Assembly: GCA_965206595.1 (NCBI GenBank)
Contig: OZ242214.1
Coordinates: forward strand, 384,001 to 448,000
Length of the DNA stretch: 64,000 nucleotides
Direction: 5' to 3'
Source: Candidatus Latescibacterota bacterium
Lineage (GTDB): Bacteria; Latescibacterota; UBA2968; UBA8231
Shown: in pieces, positions 1-8,218 of the stretch
Layout: the number at the start of each line of letters is the position of its first letter
How positions within the stretch are numbered: position 1 is the stretch's first letter
Notes under the pieces: model-generated
The model's database searches: none
The model's input: the letters and a program-made list of their open reading frames with translations, nothing else
Told to the model about the DNA's origin: nothing
Translations under genes and position numbers: made by a program

Positions 1-19
1 GGACAGCGCCGGGGGGCAG

Positions 20-1651
20 GTGATCGAGAACCCCCTCGGAGAGGTGAGGGCGCGCCCGGTTTCCAGACGCCCGCTGCTGGCCGCCTGGGCGGCGAGTTCG
101 GTGGAGAAGCTGTTCCTGCACAGCTGGCCCGGCATCGGTCGGGAGGTGTACGAGTTCCCGCCCGCGGAAGGCGCCCCGCCGCTGCGCGTCGACCTGGCGG
201 GAAACGAGCAGGAATCGGCGCAGTTGGTGCTGCTGAGCCGGGGGCAGGCGGAGCTGAAGGCAGCGGTGGGCAAGCTGCTCCACGGCGACGGCCAGACCCT
301 CTTTCCTTCCGGGGGCTGCCGCATCGACCTGGTGGGGTACGTGAAAACGAAGGCCCCCGAGGAGTACGCCGTCGATTTCGCCGGCTGGTGGCCGGATCCC
401 CTGCTGCCGGTATCCAGGGTCGCCGCCAGGGCAGGGGAGGCGACGCCGCTCTGGCTGTCGTTTGCGACCTCGGATACGACGCCGCCGGGGGTGTACCGCG
501 GTGCCGTCGAGATCTCCGCGGACGGGCAACCGGCCGGCTCCGTTCCCCTGCAGGTGACCGTGCACCATCCGGTGCTGCCCGATTCGACGACCGTCCGCAC
601 CGCCTTCTCGCTCTATGAAAACATGCTCGAGAAGGTGTACGGAACGGAGTTCCGAGAGGGGCGCCGCAGTCGCCGCGGGCAGGCGATTTACCTAAAATTC
701 CGCGACTTCATAGCTGCGCACCGGCTGAACGTCACCCATCTGTACCGCCGCTCGCCGCCGGGCGTTCCGGAGATCGTAGAGCTCGCCGGCCGACACCAGC
801 TGAACGCCGCCAACCTCGTCAACCTTCGAACCGGCGACTACACCGAGCAGGAGCTGGCGGCCATCGCCGACAGCCTGGAGCCGACGGTGCGGTTCCTGCG
901 CTCCCGGGGGCTGCTGCCGCGGGCCTTCATCTACGGCTTCGACGAGGCGACGGTCGCGGATTTCGAGAATCTCAGGGGCGCCTTCGGGTACATGAAACAG
1001 CGTTTCCCGGACCTGAAGACGGCGACGACGGCAATGGACCCGAGCTACGGCCTGGAGAGCGGCCTCGACGACGCCGTCGATATCTGGGTGCCGCTGACGG
1101 CGTTCTACGACGAGGGAGCGGCCGCGGCCGCGCGCGCCCGCGGAAAGGAGGTCTGGTGGTACATCTGCATCGGGCCCACGCATCCGTTCGCCAACTGGTT
1201 CATCGAGTACCCGCTGCTCGAGGCGCGGCTGCTCTGGTGGATGACCTGGCGCCGGGGGGTTACCGGTTTTCTCTACTACACCCTCAACCGCTGGCCCAAC
1301 CAGGAGGCGCCGTTGCGCACTGCCCCGGGATCGAACAGGACCGGCTGGAATCCCGCCTCGTTCGGGACCGCCAACGGCGACGGTTGCCTGATATATGCAG
1401 GGGAGAACGGCCCGGTGTCGTCGCTCCGGTTCGAGAACGTCCGCGACGGCATCGAGGATTTCGAGCTGTTGCAGATGCTGAGCCTGCGGAAAGGGGACGC
1501 CGGCGCCGCGGGCCGGAGGCTGTGCGACCGGCTGGTGCGCTCGCTTACAGACTTCACCGCGGATCCAGGCGAGTTCATGGAGGCGCGGCGGCAGCTGCTG
1601 GAAGAGCTCGACCGCCTGGCAGCCAATGATGGAAGTGGTATTGAAGAGTGA
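20..1651 (+). CDS. DUF4091/GH123-like glycoside hydrolase domain protein (may extend 5' beyond the window)
   Basis: Motifs LxGNEqESxQL, YGFDE, WWYxC, GFLYY and GDGxLxYxG..SLRFENVRDGIEDFE; high-GC codon usage. Confidence 0.8.
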   Translation: MIENPLGEVRARPVSRRPLLAAWAASSVEKLFLHSWPGIGREVYEFPPAEGAPPLRVDLAGNEQESAQLVLLSRGQAELKAAVGKLLHGDGQTLFPSGGCRIDLVGYVKTKAPEEYAVDFAGWWPDPLLPVSRVAARAGEATPLWLSFATSDTTPPGVYRGAVEISADGQPAGSVPLQVTVHHPVLPDSTTVRTAFSLYENMLEKVYGTEFREGRRSRRGQAIYLKFRDFIAAHRLNVTHLYRRSPPGVPEIVELAGRHQLNAANLVNLRTGDYTEQELAAIADSLEPTVRFLRSRGLLPRAFIYGFDEATVADFENLRGAFGYMKQRFPDLKTATTAMDPSYGLESGLDDAVDIWVPLTAFYDEGAAAAARARGKEVWWYICIGPTHPFANWFIEYPLLEARLLWWMTWRRGVTGFLYYTLNRWPNQEAPLRTAPGSNRTGWNPASFGTANGDGCLIYAGENGPVSSLRFENVRDGIEDFELLQMLSLRKGDAGAAGRRLCDRLVRSLTDFTADPGEFMEARRQLLEELDRLAANDGSGIEE

Positions 1652-1923
1652 GGCCGGGCAGTCCGCGGCTGCGGGTGCCTGCGTGGGTACGTGAGGGTGC
1701 GAAAGAGAGCCCCTCGGCAGCCGGATATTGCCATCTTTCCGGGACGGGACAGGACGCCGGCAGCAGGCAGGATGGGGCCCCCATCGGGGGTCGTTCCCGA
1801 TGTCGGCCGGGACGGTGGACGAAACCTGCCGTCGAGGGATGACCGGCAGCAGACTCGAAGAGCGAGCCAATTCAACCGCGGCGCCGCCACAGGCGGTTTC
1901 GCCGCACACAAGGGAGAGAGATC

Positions 1924-2910
1924 ATGTACAGAGTAGGAGTCATCGGCTGCAGGGGGATCGGCAACCGCCACGCCCAGGGCGCGGACGGGCTGGCCAACGC
2001 CGAGGTGGTTGCCGGTTGCGACCTCGTCGAAGAGCAGCGGCGAAGCTTCGAGGAGGAGTTCCGGCCGACGAATCCCGGCCTGGAGATGTACGGCGACTAC
2101 CGCGAGATGCTCGACAAGGCGAAGCCCGACATCGTCACCATCGCCACCGGGGACAACGCCCACGCGAACATGGCCGTGGACGCGGCCGAAGCGGGGGTGA
2201 AGGGGATCTTCTGCGAAAAGCCGCTGGCGACCACGCTGGAGGATGCCGACCGCATGGTCGCCGCCGCGGAGGCCAACGGCACCCTGCTGTCCGTCGACCA
2301 CACGCGCCACTGGTACCCCCTCTGGCACCGCTGCCACGAACTGGTCGCCGACGGAGCCATAGGGGAGGTGCGCAGCGTCGTGCTGCTGTTCCACAGCGCC
2401 CGCTCGATGCTGTTCCGCAACGGCACTCACATGCTCGACGCCATCATGTGGTTCGCCGGCGGCCGCCCGCAGTGGGTCGTCGCCGAGCTCGAGGACGGGT
2501 ACGAGGGTTACGGCGAGTACCGCGGGGACGGCGGCCACGATCCGGCCACCGAACCGAGCGCCAACGCCCTGATTCGTTTCGACAACGGGGTGCGCGGCGT
2601 GTACCACGGCGACAAGCAGGCCCAGCAGCGGACCGAGTTCACGGTAAGCGGCACGGAGGGGCGCCTCCTGATCGCCGGGGAGAACGCCTTTCTCGACCGC
2701 GGCGAGCGACGCGAACCGATTGCGGCACCGCAGTGGGAGGTGAAGGAGATCCAGGCGGGGGTCCATGAGCTGGTCCGCGTCCTCGACGGCGAGGGGGAGC
2801 TCTCCTGCACCGGCCGCGACGGCCTGGCGGTGGTCGAGATGATGCTCGCCTGCCTGCAGTCGCAGGTCCGGGGCAACGTCCGCATCCCGATTCCCCTGGA
2901 GCGGTCATGA
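1924..2910 (+). CDS. Gfo/Idh/MocA family oxidoreductase
   Basis: N-terminal VGVIGCRGIG, CEKP motif, GTHMLD; RBS gggagag upstream. Confidence 0.92.
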   Translation: MYRVGVIGCRGIGNRHAQGADGLANAEVVAGCDLVEEQRRSFEEEFRPTNPGLEMYGDYREMLDKAKPDIVTIATGDNAHANMAVDAAEAGVKGIFCEKPLATTLEDADRMVAAAEANGTLLSVDHTRHWYPLWHRCHELVADGAIGEVRSVVLLFHSARSMLFRNGTHMLDAIMWFAGGRPQWVVAELEDGYEGYGEYRGDGGHDPATEPSANALIRFDNGVRGVYHGDKQAQQRTEFTVSGTEGRLLIAGENAFLDRGERREPIAAPQWEVKEIQAGVHELVRVLDGEGELSCTGRDGLAVVEMMLACLQSQVRGNVRIPIPLERS

Positions 2911-3785
2911 GCGCCGACAAGAAGGCCGAACCCCTGCGCATCCTGTCGATCGGCGCCCACCCGGCCGACATCTTCGACCAGTCCGGGGGCGCCATGGCCC
3001 ACCACGCGGCGCGCGGCGACTGGGTGGGATGCGTGGTCCTGACCCACGGCGCCCGCGTGCACGACGCCGTGGTCAGCGACGAGATGTTCCACCGCGAAGA
3101 GGTCCCCGAGGCCGAGGAGCTGAAGCAGTTGATGGCGGAGCGCTCCGAGGTCAAGGCGGAGGAGGTGCGCCGGGCCTGCCGCTCTCTCGGGGTCGAGGAG
3201 GTCCGCTTCCTCGGGATCGACGACGCCGTGCTGATGGTGACCGAGGAGGCGGTGCGGACGCTGGCGCGTCTGATCCGGGAGCTCAAACCCGACGTCGTGC
3301 TGACCCACTTCCCCCGGGAGGGGGACGGCAAAACGAACGCCCACGCCACCGCCGGGCAGATCGTCCTGCACGCGCTGTCCCACGCCGCCGGCGTCGACCC
3401 GGGGGACCGTCGGCCCCCTCACAAGGTGGCCCAGGTCCTCTTCTTCGGCTGCGGGGGCGCTTCCCTGCCGCGCGACGTCTGGGGCTCCGAAGGGGGGTAC
3501 TACAACGACCTGTTCATCGACATCACCGACGTCGTCGACAAGAAGCTCGCCGCCCTCGACGCCCTGGTCAGCCAGGGGTACGGCGGCGCCTACGCGCGCA
3601 AGCGGATCGAAACCACCGACGGCGCCTTCGGGCAGGCGGGGGGCTGCGCCTACGCCGAGGGCTTCATAAAAATGACGGCGGAAACCCGCTACTACTTCCC
3701 GGTCACCGGGCAGGCCCTGGAGCTGGCGCGGGCCTCGGATCACGAGGTGATCGGGCGGACCTCCTACAAGATCGAAACGGACTGA
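2907..3785 (+). CDS. PIG-L family deacetylase (variant AHPAD motif)
   Basis: ILSIGAHPAD, IRELKPDVVLTH, DITDVVDKKLAAL, YAEGF; ATGA overlap with the upstream gene. Confidence 0.85.
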   Translation: MSADKKAEPLRILSIGAHPADIFDQSGGAMAHHAARGDWVGCVVLTHGARVHDAVVSDEMFHREEVPEAEELKQLMAERSEVKAEEVRRACRSLGVEEVRFLGIDDAVLMVTEEAVRTLARLIRELKPDVVLTHFPREGDGKTNAHATAGQIVLHALSHAAGVDPGDRRPPHKVAQVLFFGCGGASLPRDVWGSEGGYYNDLFIDITDVVDKKLAALDALVSQGYGGAYARKRIETTDGAFGQAGGCAYAEGFIKMTAETRYYFPVTGQALELARASDHEVIGRTSYKIETD

Positions 3786-3799
3786 GGCGGGAGGGGTCC

Positions 3800-4789
3800 C
3801 TACCGGGAGAGGGCGCGCTCGACGTCGATGCGGCCGGCCGCAACCGCCCTGCGGAAGAGCTCGACCGAGTCGCGCACCCCGTCGCCGAGGGAGCGCCAGC
3901 GGATGCCGGGGATGTCCGCGCTGAGCTGCGAGTCGTCGACTTCGGAGGGATGGGGCAGCGGCGCCGGATCGAAGCTGATCCTGCCCCTGGCATCGGGCAC
4001 CGCCTCCTCGATGGCGGCGACGATATCCGCCATGTGGGCGGTGCTGCCCCCGAGGTTGTAGACCGGCGCCCCTTCGAGCCGGGTGCGCGCCCCCAGGATC
4101 ATCGCCGCGGCGACGTCCTCGGCGTGGTGGTAGACGAGGGTGCCTCCGTAGGTGATGCGGTAGTCGCGGCCGAGCGCCGCGGCGAGCATCGCCTTGGTCG
4201 GCGTCGAGGTCCAGCCCTGGTCCCTGCCGGGGCCGTAGACGACGCAGGGTCTCAGGCCGATCGACGGCAACCCGTTCTCGCGCCAGTACACCGTCGCGGT
4301 CCCCTCGTTCGCCTGCTTGAAGACCCCGTACAAGGTCGGCGGCGTCAGCGGCGCGTCGTGGGCGATCGGTCCGGGCGGGTAGTTCCCGGGATCGCCGTAC
4401 ACTCCGAAGGAGCTGGCGAAGGCGACGCCGCGCACCTGGTCGGCGCGGCGCCTGGCGGTTTCGAGGACGACCGTCGTGCCGACGACGTTGACCGCGGCCC
4501 CGGCCACCGGGTCGGCGCGCACCAGGGGGACCTGCAGGGCGGCGAGGTGAACGATGTGGGTGATGCCGTTGTCGGCGACGACGCGGTCGAAGGCGGCCGC
4601 GTCGGTGATGTCGCCGGTCTCCATGTGGACGGCCGTCATCTCGTCGTCCCCCATCACCAGCCGCAGGCGATGCGGGTCGCCGCCCAGGTCGTAGGTCCAG
4701 ACCGGGACCCCCTCGGCGACCAGGAGGCGCGCGGCCCAGGCTCCGACGCAGCCGTAGGCGCCGGTGATCAGGAATCTTTCAGAGCTCAT
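3800..4789 (-). CDS. NAD-dependent epimerase/dehydratase
   Basis: LITGAYGCVG, HLAA, YGVFK (YxxxK), VYGPG. Confidence 0.9.
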   Translation of the reverse strand: MSSERFLITGAYGCVGAWAARLLVAEGVPVWTYDLGGDPHRLRLVMGDDEMTAVHMETGDITDAAAFDRVVADNGITHIVHLAALQVPLVRADPVAGAAVNVVGTTVVLETARRRADQVRGVAFASSFGVYGDPGNYPPGPIAHDAPLTPPTLYGVFKQANEGTATVYWRENGLPSIGLRPCVVYGPGRDQGWTSTPTKAMLAAALGRDYRITYGGTLVYHHAEDVAAAMILGARTRLEGAPVYNLGGSTAHMADIVAAIEEAVPDARGRISFDPAPLPHPSEVDDSQLSADIPGIRWRSLGDGVRDSVELFRRAVAAGRIDVERALSR

Positions 4790-4978
4790 CTCTCCACTCC
4801 CGGGAAACTCGGCAGCTTGGGGATCCTGCCTGCAGGCGAGGCTGAAGGACCGGCGCCGAGACCAGGTCGACCAAGGACCAGGCGCCGGCTCGGTGCTGAG
4901 ACCTGCCCGCCGGAGGGGCGGAGCGCGGATGCGCCCTGCCGCTGGCGGCGGGAGTGGAACATAAGCCGCCGCGGCCCC

Positions 4979-5611
4979 TCAGTCAGCCGCGGCGCCGAGT
5001 GCCCTGCCGAGGGCGGCGAGGACGGCGCGGGGCTCCGCCCACCCCCGGGCGAGCAGGACCTTCTTCCCGGAGCCGGCCGGCGCTTCGAACAGCAGCGTGG
5101 GAAACTCGCGGACTCCCAGCCGGCGGCGCGTCTCGAAGTCCCGCTGCAGCTGCGCTTCGACCTCGGGGGAGGCGATTTCCCGCTCGAAGCGGGCGGCGTC
5201 GAGCCCGAGTTCCGCGGCCAGGGAGGTGAGGGTCTCGAGGTCGGACGGATTGCGCGCCTCGGTGTAGTAGGCGCTCTGGACGGCGCGGAACATCGCCGGC
5301 CCCGCGTCCTGCAGCTGGGCGGCGAGGACCGCCCGGCAGGCGGGGTAGGTGGAGCGCCTCGGGAGGCAGCGCTCCCAGAAATCCCAGTTGAAGGAGGCCC
5401 CGGTCCCGGCCTCGACGGCGCGCCAGTTCTTCTGCACGTAGGCGTGCACCTCCGGCGCCATCGGTTCGTCCGAGTCGGGGGCCAGGCCGCCCATGACGTA
5501 GCACAGGGGGACTTCAGCCGGCAGCCCCGCCTCGACCGCGGCGAGGGCGGGGCCGAATCCCCAGCACCAGGAGCACATCGGATCGCCGATGTAGAAGACG
5601 GTTCCGGTCAT
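4979..5611 (-). CDS. DsbA family protein
   Basis: DPMCSWCWGF thioredoxin CxxC and GVxxFPT; start placed at ATG 5611 after a ggag RBS. Confidence 0.9.
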   Translation of the reverse strand: MTGTVFYIGDPMCSWCWGFGPALAAVEAGLPAEVPLCYVMGGLAPDSDEPMAPEVHAYVQKNWRAVEAGTGASFNWDFWERCLPRRSTYPACRAVLAAQLQDAGPAMFRAVQSAYYTEARNPSDLETLTSLAAELGLDAARFEREIASPEVEAQLQRDFETRRRLGVREFPTLLFEAPAGSGKKVLLARGWAEPRAVLAALGRALGAAAD

Positions 5612-5673
5612 CTCCAGCTTGAACCGACAGGGTACAACCGCATAAAAAACAAGACCTAGGCCTAGATTTTCGC

Positions 5674-5702
5674 TTGACAAGAAAGCGGGATGCAAGTAGT
5701 AT
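5674..5702 (+). promoter_or_regulatory. Sigma70-type promoter P1
   Basis: TTGACA (5674-5679), 17-nt spacer, TAGTAT (5697-5702). Confidence 0.75.
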
Positions 5703-5708
5703 TGGGCT

Positions 5709-5796
5709 GTTCCAAACATAAAGCCAGTCACCCTTTCGGGTGCTGAGCTTTGTTCCGGGCCGGCAGGACAGAGGCGATCCTGTCGGCCTTTCTTTT
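5709..5796 (+). ncRNA. Putative small RNA 1 (~88 nt)
   Basis: Follows P1; stem AAAGC.CAG.CACCC-TTTC-GGGTG.CTG.GCTTT, then terminator GGCCGGCAGGA/TCCTGTCGGCC plus TTTCTTTT; no credible ORF. Confidence 0.6.
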
Positions 5797-5798
5797 GC

Positions 5799-5827
5799 TT
5801 GACTTTCACCGGGCCGCTTCGTAGGAT
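5799..5827 (+). promoter_or_regulatory. Sigma70-type promoter P2
   Basis: TTGACT (5799-5804), 17-nt spacer, TAGGAT (5822-5827). Confidence 0.7.
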
Positions 5828-5833
5828 TTGCCC

Positions 5834-6005
5834 ATCCCCACATCGACGCCGGGAGCGATCCTGGCGCCGGTTCCACCCGGAAACGGGTGGTGGGCGTCCG
5901 GCAGGGTCGCCTCGTGCCGGATGCCCTTCGCCGGACGGACATTTTCTCCTCCGTCCGGCTTCTTTTCCCTGACAGGGGGCAACCTTGGTTGCCCCCTGTT
6001 TTTTT
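5834..6005 (+). ncRNA. Putative small RNA 2 (~170 nt, five hairpins)
   Basis: Follows P2; consecutive hairpins with GCGA and GAAA loops, one with loop CATTTTCTCC; ends in an intrinsic terminator. Confidence 0.6.
5972..6005 (+). terminator. Rho-independent terminator
   Basis: ACAGGGGGCAACC-TT-GGTTGCCCCCTGT followed by a T-run. Confidence 0.8.
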
Positions 6006-6167
6006 GTACCTGCCCTGCGGACCGGCTGCGCCAGCAGGACAGGGGCCGCAACCTGCCGGGTCCCCAGGGACCCGGGTCCCGATTGAGACCATCTGACGTC
6101 GTCGCTATTATCTGCCCCTGCGGCGGCGAGGAGTCGCCGCAGGGGTTTCGCAAGGAGAGGGGCAACC

Positions 6168-7187
6168 GTGAAAGCGGCGTTCTACGAGGGCGGCAAGAAG
6201 ATCGGAGTGGGGCCGTGTGAGCCGGTGGCCCCGGGGGCCGGACAGGTCCGCGTCGACGTCGCCTGGTGCGGCGTGTGCGGGACCGACCTGCACATCTTCC
6301 AGGGCCACATGGATCAGCGCGTGAGCACGCCGCTGGTGATCGGTCACGAGATGTCCGGGACGATCGCCGAGACCGGTCCCGGGGTCGGCGGCTGGGCCGC
6401 GGGGGACGGGGTCGTCGTGCGCCCGCTGGAGCCGTGCCATGGCTGCCCGGCCTGCCGCCGCGGCCACGAGCACATCTGCCAGAATCTCAACTTCATCGGC
6501 ATCGACAGCCCCGGGGCCTTCCAGGCCTCCTGGACGGTGCCGGCGCACACCCTGCACCGGCTGCCCGAGGGCATCTCGATGGAGCTGGCGGCCCTGATCG
6601 AGCCGCTGGCCGTGGCCTGCCACGACGTCCGTCTCGGCGAGGTGAAACCGGGGGAGCGGGCCGTCGTCATCGGCGGCGGCCCGATCGGAACCCTGGTCGC
6701 CCTGGTCTGCCGCCACGCCGGGGCCGAGGTGCTGCTGGCCGAGGTCAACCCGTACCGGGTGCAGTTCGCCCGCGATCTCGGTTTCGAGACGGTGGACCCG
6801 CGCGCCCGCGATCTCGCCGGGGCCGTGGAGGAGCACAGCCCGGGTGGCGCCGACGTGCTGTTCGAGGTCTCCGGCACGCAGGAGGGGGCCCGGGTGATGA
6901 CGGAGCTGGTGCGCACGCGCGGCCGCATCGTCGTCGTCGCCATTTTCGCCGATCCGCCGAAGATCGACCTGTTCCGCTTCTTCTGGCGCGAGCTGCGGCT
7001 GTGCGGGGTGCGCGTGTACGAGCCGGAGGACTACGACGCCGCCATAGCGATGGTCGCCTCCGGCGAGCTGCCGCTCGAGCGCCTGATCTCGGCGCGCCGC
7101 GGGCTCGGCGATCTGCAGGGCGTCTTCGAGGAGATCGAGGCGGGCGGCGAGCTGATGAAGGTTCTGATCGACACACAGGGAGAGTAG
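6168..7187 (+). CDS. Zn-dependent alcohol dehydrogenase (MDR family)
   Basis: CGVCGTD, GHE, CxxCxxC...C structural Zn site, GGGPIG. Confidence 0.95.
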   Translation: MKAAFYEGGKKIGVGPCEPVAPGAGQVRVDVAWCGVCGTDLHIFQGHMDQRVSTPLVIGHEMSGTIAETGPGVGGWAAGDGVVVRPLEPCHGCPACRRGHEHICQNLNFIGIDSPGAFQASWTVPAHTLHRLPEGISMELAALIEPLAVACHDVRLGEVKPGERAVVIGGGPIGTLVALVCRHAGAEVLLAEVNPYRVQFARDLGFETVDPRARDLAGAVEEHSPGGADVLFEVSGTQEGARVMTELVRTRGRIVVVAIFADPPKIDLFRFFWRELRLCGVRVYEPEDYDAAIAMVASGELPLERLISARRGLGDLQGVFEEIEAGGELMKVLIDTQGE

Positions 7188-7193
7188 AAGGAC

Positions 7194-8186
7194 ATGGGAA
7201 AAGTGCGCATGGCCCAGCTCGGCATCGGACACGGGCACGCCGCCGGCAAGATGCGTTCGATGAGGACGAACGACGGCGTCGAGGTTGCCGGGGTTTTCGA
7301 GCCGGATGAGGAGGAGCGCCGGACGTTCTCAGGCAACCCGGAGTACGAGGGTCTGCACTGGTACGAAAGCGCCGAGGAGATGCTCGCCGACGACAGCATC
7401 GCCGCCGTCGCCTCGGAGGGGCGCAACTCCAACAGCCTCGACCAGACCGAACAGATCGTCGCCGCGGGCAGGCACGTCTGGTACGACAAGCCGGCCGGCG
7501 ACGACTACCGGCAGTGGGAGCGCGTGATCGCCGCGGCGCGCGCCGCCAACCTCGTGGTGCAGATGGGGTACATGCTGCGCTACAACCCGCTGTTCCGGCA
7601 GGTGACGGAGTGGGCGCGCTCGGGGTTTCTCGGCGACGTCTTCTCGGTGCGGGCCCACATGTCGACGAGCGTTCCGGCGGAGGCGCGCCAGCGCATCGCC
7701 GAGGCCCACCGCGGCGGCGTCCATTTCGACCTCGCCGGCCACATGCTCGACCAGATCGTCTGGATGCTCGGCCGCCCGGAAAGGGTCACGGCCTTCCTGC
7801 GCAACGAAACCGGCGAGGTCCCCGAATTCAGCGACAACACCGTCGGCGTGTACGAGTTCGAGAAGGCCGTCGCCATCGTCGCCATCGCCGCCATGGAGAC
7901 GGCGCCGATGGCGCGCCGCTTCGAGGTCTACGGCACCCGGGGCAGCGCCATCATCGTCGAGCCGTTCGAGCCGGGGGACCGGGTGCGGCTCTGCCTCGAC
8001 GAGGACCGCGGCGGCTTCCGCAAGGGGCTCCAGACCGTCGAAATGGAGGGCCGCGACCGCCAGGGCTGCTACGACGAGGAGCTGGTCGCCTTCCTGGCGG
8101 CGATCTCCGGCGCGCGCGCGCCGGACCGGCCGTACGAGCACGAGCTGCTGGTCCAGGAGACCCTCATGCGGGCGGTCGGGGGCTGA
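7194..8186 (+). CDS. Gfo/Idh/MocA family oxidoreductase
   Basis: Rossmann start, DKP motif, GYMLRY, GGVHFDLAGHMLD. Confidence 0.9.
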   Translation: MGKVRMAQLGIGHGHAAGKMRSMRTNDGVEVAGVFEPDEEERRTFSGNPEYEGLHWYESAEEMLADDSIAAVASEGRNSNSLDQTEQIVAAGRHVWYDKPAGDDYRQWERVIAAARAANLVVQMGYMLRYNPLFRQVTEWARSGFLGDVFSVRAHMSTSVPAEARQRIAEAHRGGVHFDLAGHMLDQIVWMLGRPERVTAFLRNETGEVPEFSDNTVGVYEFEKAVAIVAIAAMETAPMARRFEVYGTRGSAIIVEPFEPGDRVRLCLDEDRGGFRKGLQTVEMEGRDRQGCYDEELVAFLAAISGARAPDRPYEHELLVQETLMRAVGG

Positions 8187-8218
8187 GAGAGCCGGCCCTC
8201 CGGCAGGGGCGCCGTGCG

